Counted from the stretch's first letter, positions 14,024-27,071 are shown. The stretch is DNA of 64,000 nt from Octopus sinensis (GCF_006345805.1 NC_042999.1:31992001-32056000); one strand, 5' to 3'. Numbers and translations: made by a program. The notes: generated from the sequence alone by a model not told the origin.

Positions 14024-16284
14024 TCAATCTTTCAACCAAACCTCTTTCTAACATAAAAATTGACATCCTCACAAAAGGGCTCAAATTTACACCAACTCCA
14101 CGCAGAGCAAACCTAAATGAACTCAAGGATAATATAACAGAATTTTGCAGAAAATTAAGACTAGCAGAAGCATCAAACAGTTTCAATACTGAAGATGAAT
14201 CACTAGTCAAGAACAAAAGTGAACACATCCCACACAGAGGAAGAAATAAAGATCTTGACGAATTCTGTAACCACATTGAGAACTTCCCCTACCATACTAT
14301 ACATAAACAGAAAGCTAACCCAAATTTTAACACTACACAATGGAAAGAACTGATAGAAATCCAAAATGATGAAGATATAACCATTAAGGAAGCGGACAAG
14401 GGAAATGCAGTTGTAATAATGGATAGATCATACTACAGAAATCTTGTAATTTCCTTGCTTGATGAAGACCTACATTATGAAAGAATTACCAACTACACCC
14501 CACAAAAAATAATGAAAACTCTATCTTCACTAATTAAAACCCATGAAAAGGAACTGACAACCAAAGAGATTGATTTCCTAACAAACTTTAAATGCAAACC
14601 TAGCCTTTTCTATTGTCTGCCAAAAATTCATAAAAGTCAAATTATAAATGAAACCATTAAAAAATCACCAAAGACATACATACACACACCTAATCCGGGG
14701 GACCTAAAACTACGACCCATTGTAGCTGGCCCAACCTGTGAAACACACAGACTATGTCTACTTATGGACATCCTCTTGAAACCCTTCCTTAAACATATCG
14801 ATAGCCATATCAGAGATGACTTAGATATGTTAAACCACCTCCCAAAAAAAAACAAGGAAGAAACAATCCTGGTTTCATTTGATGTAGTCAACTTGTATAC
14901 CAGTATTCCTCATAATTATGGACTGGAGGCAATACAATTCTGGTTAGACCAATTTCCGGAAGAAATACCAAAAAGGATCAGTAAGGAAGTCATTACTAAA
15001 TCAATGGAATTCATCCTACACAATAACCACTTCATGTTTGACAATACATTTTACCGTCAAAAATCCGGAATTGCTATGGGTACAAGGGCAGCACCGGTCA
15101 TTGCGAACTTAACAATGGGATACATGGAAATAATCATTTACCAGGAATCTCTATCAATCTTTGGAAACTCCCTCTCTCAATACATAAAAGAGAATTGGAA
15201 ACGATTCCTAGACGATTGTTTCATTCTCTGGAATGAAAACTTAGATAAACTCCTAAAATTTAAAAACCTATTGAACAGCATAAACCCAAATATACAGTTC
15301 ACAATGGAATACAACCAAAAGGAGCTCCCGTTTTTGGATATACTAATTAAAAAAATTAACCTTAAAATAGAAACAGACATTTTTTACAAAGCCACAGACG
15401 CCATACAATACCTTCTTTTTAATTCATGCCACCCAAGACACACTAAAACAAACATCCCCTTCAACCTTGCAAGAAGGATATGCACAATAGTGTCAGAACA
15501 AAATACCAGGAACTTTAGACTGCAAGAACTCAAAAACACCCTAATTGACAGACATTACCCAGCTCAACTCATAGAGGATGGGATCAGATGTGCAACAGAA
15601 ATCAACATAGAAACTTTAAGAAAAGTTCAACACAACAACACACCTTCCCCGAAAATACTACCTTACATATCTACATACAACCCCAGAAACAAAGAAGCCT
15701 TCACCATCATCACCCAGAATTTACCAATACTTCATAAAAACCCAAAATTAAAGGAAATTCTAAACATACACCAAATCATTAAAAGCTACAAACAGCCTAA
15801 ATCACTTAAAAAGATTCTCACAAAGGCAAAATTGTCTTCTAAAATTACGGATGCAAAAGTAAAAAAATGTGGTAGATCGAACTGTGTAACATGTCCTAAC
15901 CTATTGGAAGGATCAGAATTCTTCTTTAAAGAGGGACAGAAATTTAAGATCAAATCTAACTTTACTTGTGCCTCTGAAAACATAATTTATGTTATTAAAT
16001 GCTCGGGCTGCCACCAAGACTACGTGGGTTCCACGGGACTATCACTCAGGCGCAGATGCACACTGCATCGACAACAGATTGCATTCCCAGAATATAGAAT
16101 GATACCTTTTAGTGAGCACATTGAGAAATGCGCAAAGCAACTACTGCCACAATTTTTAATCTTCCCATTTTACCAATGTGCTTTCGGATCATCAACACAA
16201 ATGAGACTGAACAAGGAAACATTCTTCATTGAAAAGTACAAACCCAGACTCAACCATCCGAACATACTGACACAGAGAAATTAA
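13840..16284 (+). CDS. PLE ORF2: reverse transcriptase plus GIY-YIG endonuclease
   Basis: The frame is open from 13840 (after TAA at 13837-39); first ATG is 14419. Motifs: IINLS..LTKGLKFTPTP, FDVVNLYTSI, QKSGIAMGTRAAP, WKRFLDDCF, Cys linker CGRSNCVTC, IYVIKCSGC..YVGST, H..H of a CCHH finger, terminal E..N. Confidence 0.95.
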
Positions 16285-16420
16285 CAAGGAAAAGGGAAAA
16301 AAAAATTTTAAGCGATTATCTCCCCTACACCGGAAAAAATCACTCACTACCTCCCCTTATTTAGAAATCTCCTGGAAATAAAAACAACGATAATTCCATG
16401 CAATATAAACATAACGTCAC

Positions 16421-16460
16421 AAGAAATTTGAAAAGCTACACGCGAAACCGGTAATTTCTT
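16421..16460 (+). ncRNA. Minimal type I hammerhead ribozyme (variant core) in the PLE 3' UTR
   Basis: AAGAAAT-TTGAAAA-GC(TACAC)GC-GAAA-CCGGT-A-ATTTCTT. Stem I is a perfect 7 bp, stem III is palindromic (ACCGGT), and the cleavage triplet is GUA. Confidence 0.7.
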
Positions 16461-16720
16461 AAAAAATTTTTTAAATTATGTCATTTGAAGGAAAGGAAAA
16501 AAATTTTTTCCAATATTCTCCAGACATTTTGACACAAATATATATATTTTTTAACATTTAAGCCTTCTGTCGTTTTTTCACACTTTACTATTTTCTTATA
16601 CATATATATATATATATACATACATTTATATATATATATATATGAATGTAGGTAGATATGTATATATACGCATATGTAATAATATAAATATATGCATATA
16701 TACATACATATATGTACGTA

Positions 16721-16757
<37 letters not shown>

Positions 16758-17041
16758 AAATAGGAGGATGAATTTTCTTGTTACAGATTATTCAAAAGTT
16801 TAACCGATACCTGGGTAGCAAAAATCACAGCAGAATAAAGCACGGTTGGAGATAAGACCATTTGGTGTTGCAACCGTGCGTTGGTGCGGATAATTGAAGT
16901 TTAATATTATTAGTGAATGGAAGAAATGGAGTTGAACGAAGATTGTACAGAATTCCTTTTATTACATTCTACACATGTTTAAAATGCCACAAATTTCCAA
17001 ATTCTGATTAAATAAGGGTACCATATTGTGGCTTTCTCAGA

Positions 17042-17983
17042 AATTCCAAATATTACTCCACGGTTAATTCACATAAAGTTAGGATAGCTTTCTCCAACAC
17101 AAAAAACCTTTCCCAGATAATCGCCTCCCATAATAATAGGCTGCTTATTAAGACCCTACCACCTTTGTCCGGAGGCGGAGCTCCGTCCGATCCCAGTTTA
17201 ACGCGCAGTAGGAATAATATTAGTAATAATGATAAAAGAGCCAGTACAGTGACTGATAATCTCAGTACCAATCAGGGCTTAAATAATAGGATTAGCGATA
17301 GAAGAAATGGTGATGTCATTAACGTTAGTAATGGTAATAGTGAGGTGAGCGCAGTTCGGGTCATTAATGTAGAGAGTCCTAATAGAAACTTTAGCATCGT
17401 TTCCGGCAATAGCAGGTCCACGGATACTAGCAATTACAGCGCTCTCAGTGATAGGGAAGACACAGGGGTTAGTCCGTTAATTAATAGTGATAATGAGGAA
17501 TATAAAGTAGTAAGCGGCCGCAGTTCTCACAATCAATATAGTAACAGTAACGCAGTTTTAATATCAGAAGCTAATCCCAATAGAATAAGGTTCTTGTCGA
17601 GTAACTCCAAGATCAGAAATGCCGTTTACCAATGCAAGATTTACACGGATTCAGATGTCTGCTCGTATGTCGGGGCCTCATCGTCAAAATTGGCCTTGAG
17701 AATTTCGAACCATTTCGCAACTTTTCGCGACGTGAATAAATACCAAGCTACAGGACTTAGCAAGCTTATATGGCGTTTGAAGAACGCGAATTCAGTTTTT
17801 AGGCTGGAATGGTCGATTTTGTCGGTGGCCCTCCCATTTGATAGGGGCAGAAGGCGGTGTGATCTTTGTATCTCTGAGCTTTTCCACATATTGTTCGCCA
17901 GAGACCGGTTGGTAAACGGTCTTTTACAGTCGGCTTTTCGATGTCCCCATTGGCGGCGTCATACTTATCTTACATATAAATGA
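17042..17983 (+). CDS. Truncated PLE ORF: post-RT linker, Ser/Asn-rich insert, GIY-YIG endonuclease
   Basis: The frame is open from the inversion junction. Motifs: KVRIAFSNTKNLSQIIASHNNRLL (post-RT motif), AVYQCKI..YVGAS..LRISNH..GLSKLIWRLK..EWSIL..RCDLCISE..LVN..CPH. Confidence 0.75.
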   Translation, partial: NSKYYSTVNSHKVRIAFSNTKNLSQIIASHNNRLLIKTLPPLSGGGAPSDPSLTRSRNNISNNDKRASTVTDNLSTNQGLNNRISDRRNGDVINVSNGNSEVSAVRVINVESPNRNFSIVSGNSRSTDTSNYSALSDREDTGVSPLINSDNEEYKVVSGRSSHNQYSNSNAVLISEANPNRIRFLSSNSKIRNAVYQCKIYTDSDVCSYVGASSSKLALRISNHFATFRDVNKYQATGLSKLIWRLKNANSVFRLEWSILSVALPFDRGRRRCDLCISELFHILFARDRLVNGLLQSAFRCPHWRRHTYLTYK

Positions 17984-18597
17984 CACCTAAGACAATTAAC
18001 ACCTTGTTACCCTACTAAAATGAAAATAATCTTTGGAAATAAATTTTGAAAAAGCTTTTTAAGAAATATATGAATAACCCTTGCAAGGGGAAATAACTCC
18101 CATTAGGCGATTGGGGTGTTTTTTTGGAAGCAAACGCTGGAACTATATATACCCTTAGGATTCTTTGACGATGTTAAATTTTGACAAGCAGGCCTAGACG
18201 AACACACGAACACAACAAATTCTTTCAGCCGCCTGACAGGTTTTTTCAGCAGTGATCATTATGTAGCCCCCTCGCCAGCACACGGCCGCGCACACATAGG
18301 CCAGTACACACATACATGCTTGTATGCTTGTATGTTTTTTGCCTCGCCCCCAAAAATACACCCAGTATTCTTAAATTATTCAGAACATTAGTGTTGGTCA
18401 CACAGAACATCTCCACACCCCTTGCTCTCACCTACTAGATCTGACCGCCGCCTGACCTGTAGATATCTTCACGCACCAACCCCCGGTTTCAACGTACATT
18501 GATAAACAGTTCAGCCATGGGCTCTTAAGGAGCGTCCCGTTTTCGAATTGCGTTGCTGCGCCTCTGTTTTATTTTGTTCTGTCAACGGAATTCCTGT

Positions 18598-18682
18598 TTT
18601 TTCCTGAAGAGAAAGCCACAATATGGTACCCTTATTTAATCAGAATTTGGAAATTTGTGGCCTTTGAAACATGTGTAGAATG
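18598..18682 (+). ncRNA. Hammerhead ribozyme, family A
   Basis: CTGAAGA (18604), long stem II GAAAGCCACAA/TTGTGGCCTTT, GAAA (18666), near-palindromic ACATGTGT, GUA (18675-77). Confidence 0.65.
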
Positions 18683-18735
18683 TAATAAAAGGAATTCTGT
18701 ACAATCTTCGTTCAACTCCATTTCTTCCGTTCACT

Positions 18736-18781
<46 letters not shown>

Positions 18782-19198
18782 GCATATATGTGTAAAGGAC
18801 ATCAAAATGACGTAGAGCACAATGAGAAACGAAAACATAAAAATGAAAACGTAGAAACGAACTTTTTTTCGGACACCGAAAAATACAAACAGAGAAACGA
18901 GTCATACCACATAAAGAATATTCCCCTTCTTCAATTGTCCCTATTTCACGCGACATACACGCGACTTCGTTGAAATAGTCCTTCCCGCAAAGCAAATTAA
19001 ATAAAATTTCGGATTTTTTTTCGGGAGGGTGATAGTGGTAACAAGGACAGGACAGTGAGAACAAAACAGTAAAAACAAACGATGAGGGCTGTCAAGTCAA
19101 AACGATGGAAAACTTATTCTGAATGTTTAAGGAGACGAGCTTATGAACACACACACACACACCACACACACACACGCACACACACACACACACACAGG

Positions 19199-19254
<56 letters not shown>

Positions 19255-20203
19255 AATAAGATGTAAAATTACTCAATAATCAAGTTAAAACGCTGAGTTT
19301 CAGATGCCGAAGTGGAAATCCACAACACTATATCTGCGTATATTTTTGTGTGTGTAAGAGTGTATGTGTGAATGTGCATGGGTGTGTGCTAGATGTAAAT
19401 TTTTGCGAGAAGGATACCTTCTCTTCTTTGACTATTGTACGATCATGTCCACGAATGTAGCTGTTCAAACTAGCTTTCATTCCGCAGGAACGTTCATAGA
19501 TGTGTCAGTTATCTCACACTTCACATCAATTATTTACTTTGATGCTAAGACCACATGCGTGTATGTTCTTAAGCCAAAGCGATAGGACAAGATGCAACTT
19601 CCCAATTGCAATTTGCTCTCTAATATACTTAGCGACCTGAAACTGGCTTGTCAGGGGCTAGTGGAGAATGACGCTCTAACGGCAACAGCATTTTCGTGGA
19701 CGTAACACGATCTACTGGTGCAGACAACCTGAAATCCTACGAAGAGCCATGTCATGGGGAACTTCGGGAAAGATCTGATAATGAAATTCAAAGTGTTCAG
19801 CCTATCTGTAACAGGCACCATCAATTTTGCACAGGGTGATTTCTTTTTCCTGAAGACAGGCAAGTGCTTCCCTTAGAGGGAACACAACTAGGAAATATTT
19901 TTTTCTCCAAAGAAATTCTAGAAACCCTGCCTGTAATGGAAAAGCTAGTCACGTCCATGAGTAGAATCAATTCTAAACTACCAGAGATTAGAATAATCTT
20001 CTACTGAGAGACCTAATTATGATGGTGTATTGGTGTGGATTTGATTAACCCAAAATTTATTACATAGCAAGAACAAAAATGCGAATGGAGAAAAATCACA
20101 TCTTTAATTGGTGATTCTACCATAGAGTATGGTAGAATGTGTGCTTTATTGTTATCTGAATAGAATTTTGAATTCACGTTTATTCTTCTAATCAGTTTAT
20201 CTG

Positions 20204-20298
<95 letters not shown>

Positions 20299-20389
20299 CT
20301 TTGGTAATACAATTCTATATTTAAGAGATGAAGATTATGTACATTATTTATATACGTGACGGATATTTGTCCTCATCTTGTTTGTTCTT

Positions 20390-20432
20390 AATACAACGTT
20401 TCGGCTGATATACCCTCCAGCCTTCATCATAT
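20390..20432 (-). ncRNA. Hammerhead-like motif, family B (5' stem I arm lost)
   Basis: Minus strand reads ATGATGAA-GGCTG..CAGCC-GAAACGTT-GTATT. Confidence 0.4.
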
Positions 20433-20446
20433 TCCATTCAGTGACC

Positions 20447-20448
<2 letters not shown>

Positions 20449-20534
<86 letters not shown>

Positions 20535-20561
20535 CAACAACAATAACAACAACAACAACAA
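20449..20561. repeat. (TAA)n/(CAA)n microsatellite
   Basis: Seen directly. Confidence 0.95.
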
Positions 20562-20610
20562 CGTCGAAAAATACCTTAGGAATGAGAACACAGGTTTGAA
20601 ATTTCCACAA

Positions 20611-20656
20611 GACACCTGATGAAGGCTGGAGAGTATATTAGCCGAAACTGTGTGTT
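20611..20656 (+). ncRNA. Minimal hammerhead ribozyme, family B, within a short repeat
   Basis: GACAC-CTGATGAA-GGCT..AGCC-GAAAC-TGT-GTGTT; stem I is GACAC/GTGTT. Confidence 0.55.
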
Positions 20657-21012
20657 AACAACAAACAAGATGTGGTCAAATATAAACAATGAAAATAATG
20701 AAAATAATCTTTGGATAGAAATTATCGATATTTCAATGCATCGCAACTCGTGTTTCCAAAAATCTCCTCACTTATCTCCCGTTATTCCTTGGATAAGTCT
20801 GGTCCGTAGTATCCGTGAGCATCGGTTAGATTACAATATTTATAAACTCCATACAAGAATTATTGTTATCGTTATATTTATCCTACAGTATATAGGTTCA
20901 GCCAAAACCTGTTTCACCAGTCACCATCATCTGAGTGCGGCCGACATAATGGAAAAGAGCTTTATTTGCATATTAAAACCAATTCCCGTAAACACATTTA
21001 ATATATATATAT

Positions 21013-21045
<33 letters not shown>

Positions 21046-21257
21046 GTATGTTAAAACTCGAGATATGATATGTTATGACCAATCAGGCATTATATGAACA
21101 TGCATATAGACACACACACACACACACATACACACACACACACACACACTTACAGGTGTACACATATGTGTCGGAAGTAAAAATATTTGAATTATGCCTG
21201 CGTTTTACTCCATTTATATATGTATATATATATATTTATACATACATACATACACAT

Positions 21258-21355
<98 letters not shown>

Positions 21356-22564
21356 TATATACATGTACATATACATTCCTCTTCGGTACTCAAGCCAGCT
21401 TGATGCCTAATTTATTGATGCTGTGTGCACAGCGTTTAGAAAATGTTTATAAGCAGTATTTTTATGCTTTCATTAATCCGTCAATATTTAATCACGTAAG
21501 TCCAGTAGAGCCATTTGCAAAACACAAAGAACCATGCCTGCCCTTACATACATTTGCAGCTACATAAAAACAATTAAATGTGATGTTTAAAGAAACATGA
21601 AAGAAATGAATGACGGGATGGAAAATCTCACGCCCTTAAAACTGCCACACCACACGCTTCAATGACTGTCATGATATGCACCCCCGCATAATCACTCATA
21701 CACAAATGTGGTACGGAGCAGAGATAAGACAGAGATAAGAGGGGAAGATATTGATCCAGCCAATAAAATATAACATTACTGTTTATCTGTTTCCTCATCT
21801 TTTACAATTTAGTGAAACAACGAAGCTACTTGCAAGCGTCTCTAGAAATTCTATCATCGCTTCACTTTAGCGTAGTTAGCAACCGGAAATAAACTGCTAC
21901 CACCCCCCATTATAGGCGCCACAATGTTTGCATTATACGTTGCAATCTATTAAATTCGAGTGTATGGACCTTCAGGATTCACGTCTATATTCACAACTTG
22001 AACATGATTTAGCTCCATCAGCTCAACTGTTGGGTCTCTACTTGTTGAAAACACGTACATTCATGCCTGCCTTTTGCCAAAATCTCTTCTAAGTATCAGT
22101 CAAATTTGAGGGTGTTTTGTTCGGCCAATTCTCAGTTATTTTATCATTAACATATACTTTGTTGAACTTCTTCCAGGAGTCGATGACTGGAGGCTTATCC
22201 TACCAGGTATTTGCTTCATAACTTACCTGAACGGACTCCCCGGATATGTTTTGCAGTTAGTTATAATATCTTGCTTTATTGGCCGAAGTAATAATGTTGT
22301 ATTCTTGGATATACATTCTACTGCTATGGTATTAGAGAATCGTAAACATTTCTGAGAAGACCGATGTAAACAACTGTGTATGGCTATACCTGATTGGTCA
22401 TAGCATATATTATCTCGAGTTTTAATTTCGTCTTGTTCTATGTCTACCAAATGATATATATAAGAAACATATATACAAGATTCATATGTTGATGGTATGT
22501 AGTGCATATTTCCCTATATCCATAAAATCCTAGACCAGTAAATGGTTTTATGTAAGTCAGAAAG

Positions 22565-22700
22565 GTGACAAGCTGGCAGAATCCTTAGCACGTCCGCCAA
22601 AGTGCATAACGAGATTTCGTCTGTCCTTACATTCAGCGTTCAAATTACACCGAGATCGACTTTACCTTTCGCCGCTTCGTGATCGATAAAATGAGTAACC
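22565..22700 (+). mobile_element. Degenerate tRNA-derived SINE
   Basis: GCTGGCAGAA head, GTTCAAAT B-box, similar to 25570-25784. Confidence 0.55.
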
Positions 22701-23410
22701 GTCAAGCAGTCTTCTCCAGAACTGCAGCCTTTCTGCCCATAACAGAAAAGAATAGTATGCAAGTTGACAATTTCGCGACTATAATTTATGCAACTAAAAA
22801 TAACCCTAATATTTTCCTTGATATTTCTGAAATTTCTGAACTTAGCATCGAAGGATATATAATGTTTTCCTCGGGAAAGACTGTTTGATTCCATTGCTTC
22901 AAAAATTGTCCTTCTTAGCCCATACAGAGAGACTATATATATGTAGTCAAGTTCTAAACGTTTAGAATGGAGTCTCCTTAATATATGATGTATAATCAAA
23001 GTATTTTCGACAAACACCAATTTTCAGATATTTTATGTCAGACGCCTTTGTTATCGAGTTCACTTCAAAATTTTCGTATCACTCATAGTCAAATGTAATT
23101 TATAAAAAAAACCTGTCAATAGAGAAATACATTTTAATTATCAAATCGAAACAGACACATCTGGCGTACTTGAAAACTCGTATAATTAGCTGCCTAGTTA
23201 GAATTTTTATTTATATTCAATCATAGGTTCTCTTGTCACTCTGACCATTCGGGAATATCAGCCGAACTATATCATCGATGTATTGATATCTCATAAACTT
23301 TTCCACTGAAGCTCATTTGCGCTCGCACACACTCACATTAACACGCACATACATACTTACATACAAATATACATATATATATACATGCACACACTCATAC
23401 ATTCAAACAT

Positions 23411-23456
<46 letters not shown>

Positions 23457-24734
23457 GTGTACACGTATTGAATTTATTTACATATGGGTATAACTATGCA
23501 AATTAAACGAAGCTGAAGAATATTAAGTTTATATATTCGTTTCATGGTCATAATTTACTAAGTAAATGCAGCTTCAATTTTCGATGTTCGTAAACGTGTT
23601 AGGGCTATCGATTGAGAAACATATTGAGAAATATATTCTTGGAGAACTGTTTTGCGTAAAGAAGCTACTCTAACGTCAGTTATGCTTTGTATAAGCTAGG
23701 AATGCATGCAAAATTACATTGTAAAAATTTCTTTTTTAAAAATCCCCTAGAAACCGGTGCAACTAAGCAGATACAGAAACAGACAAATCTGCGCTTGAAG
23801 CAATTCTAAAAAGATAAAAAAGAACAATATTAATATTTTGCCCATGCTGAAATGTTATCTTATCGATCTATCTAACCCGTACCACACACACTCTCTCTCT
23901 CTCTCTCTCTCTCGCTCTCTCCCTCTCTGTGAGTGCGTATTTGCATACATACTTAGAAGCATTGATAATTAGATACATGAGTATATGCGCGTATGAAGAG
24001 CTATGAGTGAATGTTTGCAAGTTCGATTGTTGCACACTGCTGCTGGTGAAACTCATGTGAATGCAGTTTATTTTAAGTTTCTGACCCTAATCTGCTGAAA
24101 AATAACCGACAATCGCAGAAGAAACTATCTCTACATTACGTTGGTCAACGTGGATAAAAAAATTAATAACTCGTCGGAAATGTAAGTAAACTATTTATGA
24201 TGAGATACTTTAATGTTATTAGAGAAATAGGGGTTATTAGGCAATCAATAACATTATTATAATTTTTTTTTCCGTATCATCTACGAACGTGATGCAAGGA
24301 GAAAATAAGTTAATGCCTTACTATGTATGAATTTATAATTTAAAATATTACTCCCCAAAATAATATATCTCCACAAAACGATAAAAATTTGGAGCAAAGT
24401 ACTTTCAACAAGAAACCTTTCCGCTATGTTTGTAAGTGTGTGTACATATATTCTTTTGTAGGTGCATGTACATATATTCTGTTATTCTTTTATACTTTTA
24501 CTTCTTTCAGTCATCTGACTGAGGCGTGCTTAAGCACAGCCTTTTAGTCGAAGAAATCGACCCCAGTACTTACGATTTGTAAGTCTGGTATTTCTTCTAT
24601 CGTTCTTTCCCCGCCAAATTACGGGAACGTAAACACACCAACATCGGTTGTCTAGCAATGGTGGCGGGGGACCAAGCAGAGATACAAAGACACACACATA
24701 AACACACGCATTCACACAACACCACACGCGCATA

Positions 24735-24767
<33 letters not shown>

Positions 24768-25020
24768 GTTACGGGCTTCTTTTCAGTTTCTGTCTTCTAA
24801 ATCCACTCACAAGGGATTGGTCGGCCCGAGGCTATAGTTGAAGATACTTGTTCAAGCTTTCACGCTGAAAGGAACTGCATCTGGAACAATGTGATTGGGA
24901 AGCAAGTTTCTTACCACACAGTCCCACTCCGTGGCAGATTGGGTAGGTGTTGTCTACTATAGCCTCGGACCGTATATTGTCTTGTGAGTAGATATGGTAC
25001 ACGGAAATTTAAAGAAGTGC
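24768..25020. mobile_element. SINE fragments in opposite orientations (second SINE family)
   Basis: Shares a CTACTATAGCCTCGG / GTGAGTGGATTT / GAAACTGAAA core with 56985-57115 and 61045-61200. Confidence 0.55.
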
Positions 25021-25569
25021 ATCATATATATATATATATATGTATGAAAGACATGTCTGAGTGTGCGTGCGTGCGCTTATGTGTGCATGCGTGCGTGCGT
25101 GTGTGTGTGCTTCTGTCTACTTCTTGCCCCCAAAACCGCTAGACAACGAGTGATGTTGTGCTTCCGTGCTCGTAAATTAACGAATCAGAAAAATCTATTT
25201 ATAGAGTAAGTACTAGCCTTTAATAAATGTAGAAGGGTATATTCATTCCCGAAGATTCCTTGAAGGTGGTACCCCAAAATGCCCGCATTCTACTGTTTGA
25301 AGCGCAGGAAAGGAAATAGAGAAAAATATTAATATATGTATAGATATATAGATATTTTTGATTTTGATTTTTCCAGTTTCAGCTAATGAGCTGTGGCCAT
25401 GCTGGGGCACCATATATATATATATGCATTCTACAGTAATATCTTAAACAAAATACATGAGGAATGTGCCTGTGTGTATGTGTGTGTGTGTGTGTATTTC
25501 TACAGATGTATGTGTTTATATATATATATACATCTCGTTCAGAGATTTATTATTGCTATATATATATTT

Positions 25570-25782
25570 GTTTACTGCCCACAAGGGGCTAAACATAGAG
25601 GGGACAAACAAGGACAAACAAAGGGAGTAAGTCGATTACACGCCCCCAGTGCGAAACTGGTACCTTATTTATCGACCCCGAAAGGGGGAAGGTAAAGTCG
25701 ACCTCGGCAGAATTTGAACTCAGAACGTACGACAGAAGAAATACCGCTAAGCATTTCGCCTGGCGCGCTAACGTTTCTGTCA

Positions 25783-25784
<2 letters not shown>
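25570..25784 (-). mobile_element. tRNA-derived SINE
   Basis: Minus strand reads GCTGACAGAAACGTTAGC..GAGTTCAAATTCTGCCGAGGTCGACTTT; A/B-box-like motifs. Confidence 0.7.
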
Positions 25785-25818
<34 letters not shown>

Positions 25819-25860
25819 CAATAATAATTCTCTAAAAGAGATATAGACAGTAACTGCTCG

Positions 25861-26236
25861 ATAACATAAGGGACTAAAGCCATCTGAATATGGCTAGGGA
25901 CAGGGCAGGGTGGTGGGGGTGTTACTGTTGCATTTAGCCCCAGGCGAACATCGACGTCACCAGATAGGCCCGACACCGTCACGGTGTCCTTTAACCTGCA
26001 AAGGGAGGTAATTCATCCACACGCCGACGATAGGCAATACACCTTGAAACCACGGTCCGTGTGTGGTTTCCGCTTCATCGGGGAATTACCTCCCTTTGCA
26101 GGTTAAAGGACACCGTGACGGTGTCGGGCCTATCTGGTGACGTCGATGTTCGCCTGGGGCTAAATGCAACAGTAACACCCCCACCACCCTGCCCTGTCCC
26201 TAGCCATATTCAGATGGCTTTAGTCACTTATGTTAT
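25861..26236. repeat. Foldback/MITE-like element: ~154-bp inverted arms around a 68-bp spacer
   Basis: 25861-26014 versus 26083-26236 differ by about one mismatch. A TA could be read as a TSD at both ends. Confidence 0.85.
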
Positions 26237-26972
26237 ATATATATTATATATATATATATAATATATATATATATGTGTGTGTGTGGTGTGTGTGTGTGTG
26301 TGTGTGTGTATGAGTGTGTGTGTGTGTGTGTGTGTATGTGTAAGAATATATATATATATGCAGACATACATATGTACATAATACACACAGAAATTGATAG
26401 TTTGCTAGACATATAGGTAGATTTATTGATAGATAGAAATGTGTTAACAAATCCATATATGTATAGTTATGACTGCATATTTGTGTAAAAATAATGTATT
26501 GACAACAGTTTTGATATATATTCAATCATATTTGTATAAAATATGCTGTGCAATTATTTAAATTTTTAATCCGAGCGAAATAATATTTCTCTTGTTTATC
26601 ATATATGTGTTCGTTCTATACCCAGAAAACCAAATTCAATTGCAATAATTTCAATAAGAAAATCATGACAGAACTCAGAATCAAATGCTTTTCTACTCAT
26701 TGTTTTTCGTGTTTATGCAATTGTTGACTGTCTATATGAAAGTTAGTTCTTTTAAGATATTGCTGTGTAGATTTTCCATAGATGTTTACAGAGCTAAATA
26801 TATCTTGCAAATTTTGAAATGTATTTGAAATTATACATATTTAAAGCTATTGTTGAAAATTTACAATTCAATTTTGTTATGTTTCCATAAACTTTTTGAA
26901 CAGTACACATCGAAATTATATCAAATAGTGCATCTTCTAGATCTCTTTCTGTCTGCCTATCAATATACCTAC

Positions 26973-27004
<32 letters not shown>

Positions 27005-27013
27005 CTATCTATA

Positions 27014-27071
<58 letters not shown>

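Larger units (their letters stand above)
11611..16600 (+). mobile_element. Penelope-like retroelement (Neptune-like), 5'-truncated, with an inverted copy of its 3' end at the 5' side, inserted in (TA)n
   Basis: RT plus GIY-YIG ORF. 11611-12857 is the reverse complement of ~15389-16600 plus a ~37-bp extra tail (11611-11647). (TA)n lies on both flanks. Inverted pseudo-LTR structures are typical of PLEs. Confidence 0.93.
16753..18742 (+). mobile_element. Second Penelope-like family (family A), 5'-truncated with an inverted pLTR, in (TA)n
   Basis: ~16905-17040 is the reverse complement of ~18600-18742. An internal ORF carries a GIY-YIG domain, and (TA)n lies on both sides. Confidence 0.8.

Noticed and set aside
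16960-17040. Family-A hammerhead in the inverted pLTR
   Set aside because: The core is broken (CTGAGA deletion; GAAA changed to TAAA). Counted only as repeat sequence.
21900-22550. Coding-like minus-strand stretch with a GTAAGT donor at ~22228
   Set aside because: The implied intron is only ~27 nt, adjacent frames contain stops, and no domain is recognisable.
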